From Candidatus Hydrogenedentota bacterium (GTDB taxonomy: Bacteria > Hydrogenedentota > Hydrogenedentia > Hydrogenedentales > JAEUWI01): a stretch of DNA of 64,000 nt. Below, one piece after another: positions 30,801-39,917 of the stretch. The notes under the pieces were generated by a model, which saw only the letters and a list, made by a program, of their open reading frames with translations, was not told the origin of the DNA and did not search any database. Each line of letters begins with the position of its first letter. Position 1 is the first letter of the stretch. The stretch lies in the NCBI GenBank assembly GCA_034669905.1, contig JAXMOL010000006.1:1-64000 (forward strand), read 5' to 3'. A program made the translations under genes and the position numbers.

Positions 30801-30989
30801 CTTGAAGACCCGTGCCCTTCCTTCGACCAGAATATAATAGGCATCGCCGGGATCCCCTTCACGAACGATAACGTCCCCAAAGGTGTAGGTGACTTCCTTA
30901 CAGGACTCGGCAATACGCTCTCGTGCCTGGGGCGGAAAAAACTCCAGCAGTTCGAGTTTGGCGATGATGTTCAGTTTGTCCTGGGTCAT
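27891..30989 (-). CDS. Peptidase-containing ABC transporter (C39 PCAT) with two N-terminal cNMP-binding domains
   Basis: Two cNMP domains (GDEFGEMAL...RTATV; GDYFGEVSAL...RTATV). C39 QIDEMDCG...HWEGNHW...VDPA with Cys/His/Asp intact. TMD, GRSGSGKTT, ISGGQKQR, FDEATSALD. TGATG overlap with the upstream gene. Confidence 0.95.
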   Translation of the reverse strand: MTQDKLNIIAKLELLEFFPPQARERIAESCKEVTYTFGDVIVREGDPGDAYYILVEGRARVFKRGETGEEIPLNVLRPGDEFGEMALLEEGTRTATVRASGDVRLYRLDRVDFHRILGEAPELRNLQQLRIRHRKVHNFLRATEGFGSLPPNTLQDFLEHLSPMSVAANETIVREGEVSGDFYIIEEGRARVFVTEGGAERNVAFLRAGDYFGEVSALQGTPRTATVQSVSECRLLCMNREALQALMAGHADFAQAMEDRMAAYTYQTEAKVPLDFSQEILPKSAHSESLNIDGIHTEAPSDTAKTKKKATRKARAWGKRVPYVRQIDEMDCGAAALAMICRYHGRRVSLPRIRQLAHTALDGTSLRSIVGAANELGLAARAVKVEPESIDSISLPAIVHWEGNHWIVAERVTKRYVYIVDPAAGYERIPRKTFAEKWSGYAALMDYTPSFESAPENQRTWGWTFQFIKPFRGTLVQILLLAIITSGLQLLLPVFTQVIVDRVVVDGDVETLHIMVVAMIVALGFMLSANVLQRFMLSFAAVHIDAAILDHLTRRMLALPMSYFNSRRIGDIQRRLAGARQVREFIVQSGLMGLLALVQVGAYLGLMAVYSIQLLLVFLATMPFYVGLMFISRRVLGPLFNRLEESYGRYQSHQIDSIRGIEAVKASAGEQQFRDRMLNEFLGLAKTQFKSNFTIMFYDSAVQAVGYLSTVLFLWFGAHMVMEGQITIGGFVAFNALVAMAYAPILTVLGLWDEFQMSDVLMNRLNDIFEFEPEQGHDRSRLQPVSTLEGRVELRGVSFHYGGPGSPLILDNINLEIPPGKTVAVVGRSGSGKTTLIKLLAGLLEPTSGSLHFDGVDLNTLNYRDLRQQIGLVLQDNYIFDGTILENIALGDPEPDMQRAAWAANVANAHEFIARFPLGYETRVGETGIAISGGQKQRVAIARAVYNNPPILIFDEATSALDSESERAIQENLDQILANRSAVVIAHRLSTIRNADRIVVLEKGAVVEMGSHEELMARKGLYFYLQSQQGGF

Positions 30990-31969
30990 CACGATGTGGC
31001 ACCCACCCATTGAATATGCTCGTGGACAAGTGGCCGTATGGCGTCGGTCACGATCCGATCAGAGAGCAGGGAACAGGTGCGTTCGTCCGCGAGGTCGGGC
31101 TCCTTTTTTTCATGGACATACATGAGGATGTGGCGCCCCTCCTGCTCAAAGGGGGGGAGCACACTCCCGGGTGCTGCGGAGAGTGCCGCCGTCTGAAGGG
31201 AGGGGGAGGGGAGCTGATTAAGGAGTACCTCCTGACGCATAAATTCTCCCTTGGCCATTTCACACACCTTCTCCATGGAGAGTCCGTCTTCCGTAATACA
31301 AAGTACTGCTTCTCGCACGGCGGCGTCCGTATCGAAGATGCCGATCTCACAGCGGAGCAGGAAGAAGTTCTGATATTGTACGCGGAGGGCGCTTTTCAAT
31401 CGGGCGGTGCTCAACAGGTCGGTGCGGAATTCTTCATAGCGCTGGCCATAGGCGTTCAGTCGTTCGGGCCACGTGGCAAGATCAGCATCGATGTGGTCTG
31501 CGCCCTTCGACGAGCAGACGATTGCAACGATTTCCGCGAGTTGTTGGCACCATGGTTGGAAGCTGCCGGAGAAAACCAGGTCGGGCCAGAGCACCTCATC
31601 CACGTCTTGTGCAGTGATCGTTTCTGCTGCGGCAGGGCGGGTATGGGCGTTGGACGTGTAGTGTTCACGACAGGCTTCTCGCTCCAGATAGTCGCCAAAG
31701 GCCTCAATAGAAACACCGTGGGCATCCATCCATTCCTGGGTAGCCTGGGCGGAGCGGAGGCCGAGGTCTCTTCGAAAGGCTTCGGAACGGGCCTGCAACA
31801 GGTCGTCTGCCACCTGAAAGCCATCGGCCTGGGCCTGCGCCAGGGCGGACAAACGCTCTCGGGCCTGCAATCGCACCGAATCGAGTTGCCCCCATTCTTC
31901 TGCGGCGGCCAATACGTGTTCGGCGCAAAATACCACGCCGCCACAAGAAAATAGAGAAACACCGCTCAA
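30989..31969 (-). CDS. SurA/PpiC-related chaperone-like protein of the peptide export operon
   Basis: LQARSEAFRRDLGLRSAQATQEWMDAHGVSIEAFGDYLE resembles the N-domain of PpiC-related proteins found beside PCAT/HlyD. Degenerate parvulin-like C-terminus. Translationally coupled to the PCAT. Confidence 0.6.
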   Translation of the reverse strand: MSGVSLFSCGGVVFCAEHVLAAAEEWGQLDSVRLQARERLSALAQAQADGFQVADDLLQARSEAFRRDLGLRSAQATQEWMDAHGVSIEAFGDYLEREACREHYTSNAHTRPAAAETITAQDVDEVLWPDLVFSGSFQPWCQQLAEIVAIVCSSKGADHIDADLATWPERLNAYGQRYEEFRTDLLSTARLKSALRVQYQNFFLLRCEIGIFDTDAAVREAVLCITEDGLSMEKVCEMAKGEFMRQEVLLNQLPSPSLQTAALSAAPGSVLPPFEQEGRHILMYVHEKKEPDLADERTCSLLSDRIVTDAIRPLVHEHIQWVGATS

Positions 31970-32467
31970 GATTCACCCTGATGCCTATTGGTTGACACTG
32001 GTACGGTCTCCCGCTTCAAATAATCCCCACCCGGAAGCAAATTTGGGGGCACGCACGCCGCTTCAGGGATTATAGTCGCACATGGCGAATGAGTCAATCG
32101 CTCCCCCCTTTGTGAATAAGGGACTGTGGGGACGAAGGGGTCTGGGATTACAGGAGCTCGTGAGGCGGTAGTGGGTTGCAATCCCCGGGCGATGGGCAGG
32201 CCTTCCATCATCCGTGGCAGGTGTGTAAGCTGGTCTTGCGGGCGTGGAGTGCGCATAGATCGAATAGCGTTAGAGGAAGCTCGGATGGAGCGCGCCTGGG
32301 CGGGTAGCCGTTCTTAGAGCGCGTCTGCACCCTCAAGGCGATCCCGGTACGCTAACGTCATCATCAGCGCTTACGAAGGAACGAGGGGAATCGGGGGCGT
32401 CGCCGGAGAACGAGACGCAGATTTATTTGTTCGGGACTATGGCACAACCTGATCAGGGAGACATCAC

Positions 32468-33415
32468 GTGGTGGAAGACAAGGAAGACCGATTTCTGGGA
32501 TGCCTGCTGGGATTGGCCGCAGGCGATGCGCTGGGTACCACCCTGGAGTTTAAGCCGCCGGGCAGTTTCACACCCATCGCCGACATGGTGGGCGGCGGAC
32601 CCTTCGAGTTGGAAGCGGGACAATGGACCGACGACACGTCGATGGCCTTGTGTCTGGCAGAGAGCCTGATAGAAACCGGGCGCTTTGACCCCGGTGATCA
32701 GATGAAACGCTATACCCAATGGCGGGAAGCAGGGCATCTTTCCAGCACCGGACACTGCTTCGACATTGGAAACACCGTTGCGAGTGCTTTGTCCCGATTC
32801 GCTGGGACCGGTGAACCCTTCAGTGGCTCGACCTCACCGAACTCCGCCGGCAACGGCTCCATCATGCGCCTGGCCCCCGTTCCCATGGCCTATGCGGATA
32901 AGCCGGCAGTGGCGATGGAGAAGTCGGCGGAGAGTTCTCGCACGACCCACGGTTGTGAAGAAGCGGTCGATGCCTGTCGTTACTTTGGCGGACTGCTTGT
33001 GGGGGCCTTGAACGGCGCGACCAGGGAGGCGTTGCTCGCTTCCCGGTACGCACCGGTAGCGGGTTATTGGGAAAGCCATAGGCTGTGCCCAAAGATTGAT
33101 GAAATCGCTGCGGGTTCCTTTAAAGAAAAGGAGCCACCCCAGATTGCGGGGACGGGGTATGTGGTGGCATCCCTCGAAGCGGCCCTGTGGGCCTTTCGTT
33201 CCAGTGCGACCTTTGAGGAGGGCGCGTTGCTCGCCGTTAATCTCGGGGACGACGCCGACACGACGGGTGCGGTATACGGACAGATCGCGGGAGCGTATTA
33301 TGGGGCACAGGGTATTCCCGATTCGTGGCGGAAGAAGCTCGCCATGGGTGACCTGATCGAGGCGTTTGCGAAGAAACTTTGTGGATGGAGAGACGAACGA
33401 CTTGATACAGGTTGA
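32468..33415 (+). CDS. ADP-ribosylglycohydrolase (DraG/ARH family)
   Basis: GLAAGDALG, WTDDTSM, GNGSIMR, SRTTH, NLGDDADTTGAVYGQIAGA. Confidence 0.95.
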   Translation: MVEDKEDRFLGCLLGLAAGDALGTTLEFKPPGSFTPIADMVGGGPFELEAGQWTDDTSMALCLAESLIETGRFDPGDQMKRYTQWREAGHLSSTGHCFDIGNTVASALSRFAGTGEPFSGSTSPNSAGNGSIMRLAPVPMAYADKPAVAMEKSAESSRTTHGCEEAVDACRYFGGLLVGALNGATREALLASRYAPVAGYWESHRLCPKIDEIAAGSFKEKEPPQIAGTGYVVASLEAALWAFRSSATFEEGALLAVNLGDDADTTGAVYGQIAGAYYGAQGIPDSWRKKLAMGDLIEAFAKKLCGWRDERLDTG

Positions 33416-33419
33416 GTTA

Positions 33420-33468
33420 ATCGTTCCCACGCTCTGCTTGGGAGTGGGGATCGCGACGCTCTGCGTCG
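33420..33468. repeat. REP-like palindromic element
   Basis: ATCGTTCCCACGCTCTGCTTGGGAGT...GACGCTCTGCGTC: two small hairpins just after the ARH stop. Resembles intergenic REP families; single copy here. Confidence 0.5.
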
Positions 33469-33825
33469 ACAGTCCGCAGCGGGCCCTTGTCGTCTTGTGT
33501 GTGCCTTGCCTCGGACAGGTGGAAAACGCGCCGTAGCGGGTGTGTTCAAGCTTCTGGTGGGGTGTTGCCGTTTGATTCGAGCGCTGCCCCGACCGTAGTG
33601 GGGGTTGAGGTCGAATTTGGGATGCTTCCTGCACTAGACTTAAGCGATTGAGCGCGCATCGAAGAAAGACTTTGGGGGTATTGGGGGATGGGGGACGTTG
33701 AAGGGCTGCTCGCCCAACTCACTTGGCTCGCAAAGGCTGATTCTTACCATCCCACACCACAGTTTGGGAGCGGAACAGAATCTTAGCGACAGAACGTCTA
33801 TTGCGAATAGCGAACTTCCCAATCG

Positions 33826-33960
33826 ATGCACTCCGAAAAACTGCACTTGGATCTCGATAGGGTCAACGACACGGGGCGAAGCCCGCTAGAGATCGCGCAA
33901 CATACGGGCAACGAAGAAATGATTGCGCTTGTCGAAAGAATCATGAGGGAAACAGGTTGA
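33826..33960 (+). pseudogene. Single ankyrin-repeat fragment (44 aa)
   Basis: MHSEKLHLDLDRVNDTGRSPLEIAQHTGNEEMIALVERIMRETG matches the G-x-(T/S)PL-x-x-A-x-x-x-G-x-x-E-x-x-x-L ankyrin pattern. In-frame stop just upstream. Confidence 0.5.
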
Positions 33961-36665
33961 GTTATTCCATTTCGAGATACATCATTCCGTGCGTAGTCCT
34001 GATGGCCGGGGGACTCCTGCCGTCTATTTCTGCGACCGCCCAAACGGTGGTCACCTTCCCCGACCGTGCACTCGACGGACTTGTGCGCTGGGCGTTGGAC
34101 AAGGGGCCGGAGGATGTAATCCTGGACAGCGACATGGCGGAGCTCACGGAGTTGGTGGATATATTCCCCGGTGGGGAGCGAATTCGCCACCTTGATGGTC
34201 TCGAATCTGCCTCCAATCTTACCTTGCTTGCCCTGGAGGATAATTTACTGGAAGACTTGAGCCCATTGGCCGGATTGACACAGCTTCAAGAATTGTATGT
34301 CTCCGAGAATCGCATTTCCGATTTGACGCCCCTGGCCGAGCTGACCGCACTGAGAATTGCTATCGCGAACGACAATCGAATCTCCGATATATCCCCCTTG
34401 GCGAACTTGACGGCATTGACGGTACTTAGACTCAATGAAAATGCCATCCAATATCTGGAAGGGCTCACGAACTTAGAGCAGTTGACTTATCTGGGTCTTC
34501 AGGATAATCGCGTGTCGGACGTGGGGCCCCTTGAGGGGCTTGCCCAGCTCGAGGAGGTGAACGCCGGGGACAACGAGATCGTGGACCTTGCGCCCTTGTT
34601 GAACAATGCGCAGGCTGGCGTATTAGAGCGCATCTACGTCGGCCATAACCTGCTCGATGCTACGGCGGTGTGTACTATCATCCCGGAACTTGATGCGCTG
34701 GGCGTGTACGTTGGCTATTTGATGGAAGTAATCCCTACGCCCTATCCGCGTCCTGATCTTAGCATCGTTTGCGACGATCCCATGGGCGACCGCGATCAGG
34801 ATGGCCTGAGCAATCTGGATGAGGTGAACTTTGGTGCCAGCATGGACGTGGCCGATTCAGACAGCGACGGCTACCTGGACGGCGCCGAGGTGGCCGCCGG
34901 TAGTGACCCGATAGACGATGGCGCCTTTCCCGGGGCCGTCCCCGTAATTATCCCTGACCCGGATTTGGAGTCTGCGGTTCGGAATGACCTGGAGCGGTAC
35001 CGCGGCGACCTCTTCGTGCATCACCTGGAATCGTTGACCACATTGTTTGCTTCGGACCGGGATATCGTTTCGCTTGAAGGGATCGAGTACGCGGCAAATC
35101 TGGAAGTGTTGCATTTGGGCGGCAATAGGATTGGGGACGTTTCGCCACTGAAGGGCCTCGGAAAGCTGCGGACCTTGGACTTGTCGGACAATGGTATAAC
35201 GGACGCGGCCCCGATTGCCGAGTTGAAGCGTATCAGAAGTCTTCATGGCCTGGACCTGTCAGGCAATGCGATTGTGGATGTGGAGCCGATTACGGAGTTG
35301 GAAGGTCTTAACAGCCTTACGCTCCATGATAACCGGATTGAGGATGGGGCCCCGCTGGGCCGTATGAAGGCCTTGGTTTCTCTGGGCTTGAACCAAAATC
35401 CACTGCAGTCTATAGATTTCATCCGTGAACTCAATCCACTCATGATTCTGCGCTTGTCCGGCGTAGGTTGTAGCGACATCTCCGCCGTAGCTGCCCACCC
35501 CGGACTCCAGATACTGGAACTTGCGGACAACGGCATTGTGGACATCAGTCCGCTTGAAGGACTCTATCTGTCGGAGCGGCTGGATCTCCGAAACAACCGT
35601 ATTCGTGACATCAGGCCCCTTCGAAACAAGTTTCTCCTGGCCAGACTCGAGTTGGATGGGAACGAGATATTTAACCCGGGGCCCTTAGTTACCCTGCAAA
35701 CGCTCAGAGGGCTCTCAATCGCAGACAATAACATCACCGGGGCCAATGCGATTGGTACGCTTGGCCGTCTCATCTCCATTAACCTCCGCGCCAACGAACT
35801 GCGTGACGGTGGTTTTGTACGGGGACTTCGGAATAGTTGGAGGTTGAATCTTTCAAAGAACCGACTGTCCGTCCTTCCGCCGGTGAATGCACTGAGTGAG
35901 CTGCGGGAACTCGACATCAGCGACAACGAGATATCAATCATGGAGTCGCTCGACGTGCCTTTTGTCGATGATAGTCTGGATCTGAGTGGAAACCAGTTCA
36001 CGGAAATTCCGCCGCCCCTGGACACCAATCTGGCTGTCGCCGTAGTGGAGCTGTCGCGAAATGCCGTGCCGCTGGACACCATCTGCGCCTACGTAAACCA
36101 GGCGTTCGCCGGTTCCGAGCCGATGACATTGCCCGACGAAACGGTGCGGTTGCTCGACATATGTGCCGCCCCCGATGCGGATATTGATATGGATGGTCTG
36201 GGCGCCTATGACGAATTGGTGGCGGGCAGTGATCCGGAAGCGTCCGACACCGACGGCGATGGCTTCTCTGACGGCGAAGAGGTGGCCGCGGGGACCTATC
36301 CCTACCTGGCGGACAGCTACCCCATCGAGCATCCCAGCACGATGGCCCCCGGGGAGATGGCCGAGGTGTTGCTCGGTCAGTTTGAGACGCTCCATAGCGG
36401 AGGGACGGGCTACCGGCTGGAGTACGGGGAATGCCAGCAGGCTATCGACGGCTTGACCTATGCCCAGTTTGAAGTGTTGGACGCGAACCAGAGCGGCGGC
36501 CTCAGTGAGCTGGAGCTGGAAAAGGCTCTGACGGCGGCGGTGGGTTGTAATCTGGAGATGGACAGCGCCAAGCATGCATTCCATGACAACAAGAGCGACT
36601 TGGCGGTGCTGGGGCTGGCGTTGATGACCTTGGTTGCCATGGGGCGCCGTGGTGGGGATATCTAG
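33957..36665 (+). CDS. Internalin-like leucine-rich-repeat surface protein with Ca-binding DxDxDG repeats, EF-hand-like motif and C-terminal TM anchor
   Basis: Signal peptide. Two LRR blocks each capped by (F/I)PDxxL. DSDSDG/DTDGDG repeats, DANQSGGLSELEL, hydrophobic C-terminus followed by RR. Confidence 0.9.
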   Translation: MSYSISRYIIPCVVLMAGGLLPSISATAQTVVTFPDRALDGLVRWALDKGPEDVILDSDMAELTELVDIFPGGERIRHLDGLESASNLTLLALEDNLLEDLSPLAGLTQLQELYVSENRISDLTPLAELTALRIAIANDNRISDISPLANLTALTVLRLNENAIQYLEGLTNLEQLTYLGLQDNRVSDVGPLEGLAQLEEVNAGDNEIVDLAPLLNNAQAGVLERIYVGHNLLDATAVCTIIPELDALGVYVGYLMEVIPTPYPRPDLSIVCDDPMGDRDQDGLSNLDEVNFGASMDVADSDSDGYLDGAEVAAGSDPIDDGAFPGAVPVIIPDPDLESAVRNDLERYRGDLFVHHLESLTTLFASDRDIVSLEGIEYAANLEVLHLGGNRIGDVSPLKGLGKLRTLDLSDNGITDAAPIAELKRIRSLHGLDLSGNAIVDVEPITELEGLNSLTLHDNRIEDGAPLGRMKALVSLGLNQNPLQSIDFIRELNPLMILRLSGVGCSDISAVAAHPGLQILELADNGIVDISPLEGLYLSERLDLRNNRIRDIRPLRNKFLLARLELDGNEIFNPGPLVTLQTLRGLSIADNNITGANAIGTLGRLISINLRANELRDGGFVRGLRNSWRLNLSKNRLSVLPPVNALSELRELDISDNEISIMESLDVPFVDDSLDLSGNQFTEIPPPLDTNLAVAVVELSRNAVPLDTICAYVNQAFAGSEPMTLPDETVRLLDICAAPDADIDMDGLGAYDELVAGSDPEASDTDGDGFSDGEEVAAGTYPYLADSYPIEHPSTMAPGEMAEVLLGQFETLHSGGTGYRLEYGECQQAIDGLTYAQFEVLDANQSGGLSELELEKALTAAVGCNLEMDSAKHAFHDNKSDLAVLGLALMTLVAMGRRGGDI

Positions 36666-36900
36666 GCGGATGGTGCCCGCGGTCTTACCTCGCCAACAAC
36701 GGGGCGGGCACGCCCTTTCGCGTGTAGGTCTGTACAGCGACGACAGGGAAAGTCCATCGAGGCCGATTTCAGTCCAGTCCTACGTTGGCCAGCCCCTGGG
36801 TCTCATGGGCGAGGCCGTACTTCTATTGGCCTTCTGTAGGCATTCGCGGACCCCTCCGAAACCAACGGCTTGTATTTGATCGAGGGCCACCTTCGCTTAA

Positions 36901-38085
36901 TTAGAATCCCATGATGGATTCAAGATCAAAACTCCGTTCAATCAGCCATACGACCGCGATGAGACCGATGACGGCGGACCCCAATTGGAGGATCCAGCGC
37001 TGATAGAATAATTGTTTTCGCAGGAGAAAGAGCGGGGGGAAGCAGACACATACAAGGGCAAGTTGTCCGAGCTCCACGCCCGCATTGAAGCCGACGAGGG
37101 CGGAGACGAGGGCCTTGGTCTGGGTCGTCAAATGTCCCAGCACCGATGCGAATCCAAAGCCATGAAAGAGACCGAATACAAAAACAAACCCGTAGAGATA
37201 GTTAACATAGCGGGGGAAGAAATTCAGCAGGGCGGCGGCCACAATCGAAGCCGCGATTACCGACTCGACAACACGGGAGGGCAGGGTAATTAGATCGAGG
37301 GCCGCAATCGAAAGGGTGAAACTATGGGCCACCGTGAAGATGGTCACGATTTTCGCAACGTTGATAGAGGCCGGGCGAAAGCCCTCGGCGGCTTCCCAGG
37401 TGTCTTCCCGTCTTACCAATACCGATTGGAGGAGCAGGGTGACCAGAAAGAGGATATGGTCGATGCCAATCCAGATATGCCAGACGCCGTGCTTTATGAA
37501 GGCCAGGACGTTGGCCTTGGGAATCGGCGCCAACAAATCGAGGGTTTGGACAGGCGCTTTGGGGGTGAGCACGAGGGAAATCGCCTCGGTCGTGTTTTCC
37601 TCTCCGGTCAGCGCATTGCGCTTCACGAGGACCAGTCCACGGTGTTGCGGATTTTCCTCGAAGAGCAGGGTGTATTTCAGGCGGAGAAATTGGGGCGGGG
37701 GCTCGGGCAAGGTGATGGTAAAGGGAAAGAGGGCATGTTTTCCCGAGGAATCGCTGACCACGGTCGCATTGCTGCGGTCGAGGGAATACCACGTGGTGTT
37801 GGTGCCCAGGCCTACGTGCGTAAATATATAGTCCGCAGCAGCAGCCGCGTTTTCTGTGAATTCTGCATCAGATACCTTGCCGTCCTGATCGGCGTCCATG
37901 GGCACCACCGCATTTAAGGTCGACAGGGCGAGCTCCACGTGGCCGACGATTTTGGCCGTGTCGATCTGAAGTATGACGAATCCTTCGTCGAGTTGATGGG
38001 CGTAGGCGTGGGGGGTAAGCCCGGTAAAGAGGACAAACAGGAAGGTGGATAGCCGTGCGGGTCCCCAACGCGAGATTACTTGCAT
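36901..38085 (-). CDS. HupE/UreJ-family membrane protein with periplasmic N-terminal domain
   Basis: Signal ending AYAH. GVWHIWIGIDHILFL, FTVAHSFTL, VESVIAASI, FGLFHGFGFA, FNAGVELGQ. Confidence 0.9.
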   Translation of the reverse strand: MQVISRWGPARLSTFLFVLFTGLTPHAYAHQLDEGFVILQIDTAKIVGHVELALSTLNAVVPMDADQDGKVSDAEFTENAAAAADYIFTHVGLGTNTTWYSLDRSNATVVSDSSGKHALFPFTITLPEPPPQFLRLKYTLLFEENPQHRGLVLVKRNALTGEENTTEAISLVLTPKAPVQTLDLLAPIPKANVLAFIKHGVWHIWIGIDHILFLVTLLLQSVLVRREDTWEAAEGFRPASINVAKIVTIFTVAHSFTLSIAALDLITLPSRVVESVIAASIVAAALLNFFPRYVNYLYGFVFVFGLFHGFGFASVLGHLTTQTKALVSALVGFNAGVELGQLALVCVCFPPLFLLRKQLFYQRWILQLGSAVIGLIAVVWLIERSFDLESIMGF

Positions 38086-38476
38086 GTGCTTCCCTTCATT
38101 CAACCAACTCGTGGTGACGGATGCAGCCACCCAGCCTGGCACCGAGCACGGCATTGTGTACTTTGGACGACGGTCTTTGCCTACGCGCGCTGCGGCGTAC
38201 AGGCTGCTCCAGCGCGCCCTACGGGGCACAGACCGACACCACGGGTTTGAATAACACGTACGCCGCCACGGTGCAAGAAGAATGCCGCTGACCCCAAGAA
38301 CGCCCTTTTTCGGCGATCGCCCTCTGTCTACATACTACATGGTATCGCGAGATCGGAATCGCGTCAAGAGTAGTATGGCCTGAGCGCCGGTTCTTGTAAC
38401 CATGTGAGCACGTACGACTACGCTTTTTCTGTATCCATGGACACGGTCGTCGTACTCCGCGATAGCAGGCGAGCTG

Positions 38477-39739
38477 CTATGGTGCGTCCCCCGACCCTTC
38501 GATACGGTAGAGGTGAGTCTTGCTACGCAGGAGCAGGGCATTTCCGGCCACGGCGGGTGACGCCCAGAGTTCGGCATCGAGTTCGCTGGTCGCGAGTACC
38601 TGAAAGCTTCGGCCCGGTGCGATGACCGTGGTCTTGCCCTTCTTATCCGAGATATATATCCGGTCCTTCGTTGCCAGTAGGGACGCCGAGTAATTGCCCC
38701 GTAGTTGCTCGGTCCACACCGGTGTGCCGGTCTTCGCCTCCATACAGAGGAGGGTGCCGCGGTCGCTCATCGTGTAGAGCAGGTCACCGACGAGTACCGG
38801 GGAGGATTCGTGGGGGGCATCTTCGGTCATTTTCCAGACCACGTGCGTATCGGTGACATCGCCTTTGCCCCCTGGCCGTATGGCCCATAGTTCACTCTTA
38901 CCGGGCGAGCCGCCGGTGTTGACGAAGAGGAGGCCCTGCCCCGTAATGATGCGCGAAATCGTGCTGTCATCGCGATAGCGTACCCGCCAGATTTCTTCGC
39001 CGGTGTCGGGCACATGGCCCGTGACCAGGAGGGCGCCATTGCTGATCATCTGCGGTTCGCCGTTGGATTCGATAAAGACGGGCGTCTGGTACGACTTGAT
39101 GTAGACGCCCGCGATGCCTTCATAAAGGTCGTTGGGCCGATCGTAGCGCCAGATGGTTTCACCCGAGGTCTTGTCCAGTGCGACAATGAAGGGATCGGCG
39201 ACGCCTTCCAGATGGAGAATGACCAGGTTCTTGAACAACACCGGGGAGGAAGCAGGGCCCTGCATGTGATCGCAATTCAGGTCGGTGCGCGTCCAGAGGA
39301 TTGCGCCCGATGCGGTGTCGATACAGGCCGTGCCAAAGGTGCCATAGTGGACGTAGACCCGCCCGGCTTCGATGGTGGCCGAGGGGGTGGCATAACTGTT
39401 GTGGGGATTGATGCGCTGAGGCTCGTCCACTTCGAAGACGAGGATGTCATGGACGATGGCACCTGTGTTCAGATTGACGCAAAGGGCGTAGAGCGCCGTG
39501 CCGTCTTTGCGGGCGGTGGTGAGCCACACCTGGTCTTCCCAGATAACGGGGGTCGAATGGCCCAGATCATGGAGGGCCGTTTTCCAAGTGATGTTTTCCG
39601 TCTCCGACCAATGGAGCGGGAGCGCGGTGGCGGTCGTCTGGCCGTCGTTCGTAGGGCCACGCCAATCGGCCCACTCTCCGTGGGCATAACAAGTGACGAC
39701 AAAACACAGGATGGTCACGGAGGATTGAAGGATTCGCAT
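38477..39739 (-). CDS. PQQ-like (BamB-type) beta-propeller repeat protein
   Basis: WADWRGP...LPLHWSETENITWK, GHSTPVI, SSPVL, ASPAV repeats. Signal peptide. Confidence 0.88.
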   Translation of the reverse strand: MRILQSSVTILCFVVTCYAHGEWADWRGPTNDGQTTATALPLHWSETENITWKTALHDLGHSTPVIWEDQVWLTTARKDGTALYALCVNLNTGAIVHDILVFEVDEPQRINPHNSYATPSATIEAGRVYVHYGTFGTACIDTASGAILWTRTDLNCDHMQGPASSPVLFKNLVILHLEGVADPFIVALDKTSGETIWRYDRPNDLYEGIAGVYIKSYQTPVFIESNGEPQMISNGALLVTGHVPDTGEEIWRVRYRDDSTISRIITGQGLLFVNTGGSPGKSELWAIRPGGKGDVTDTHVVWKMTEDAPHESSPVLVGDLLYTMSDRGTLLCMEAKTGTPVWTEQLRGNYSASLLATKDRIYISDKKGKTTVIAPGRSFQVLATSELDAELWASPAVAGNALLLRSKTHLYRIEGSGDAP

Positions 39740-39917
39740 TGGGTTCACACTCCCTTTTCGGTAGGCCTCAGTAGACCAGAAATCCGTCGAAGGGTCAACC
39801 GACAGGTGCCTCTTTCGGGGACCGGGAATGGGCGTGATTGGCCGGCAGGGATTTATTGCCGACTTCCGCGTATAGTAGGAGGCCTGTCGCAGGAACCGTA
39901 TATCAGGAGGATTCGTC

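Noticed and set aside
19415..36700. Integrative element/genomic island call
   Set aside because: No integrase, transposase or flanking direct repeat seen; composition could not be computed.
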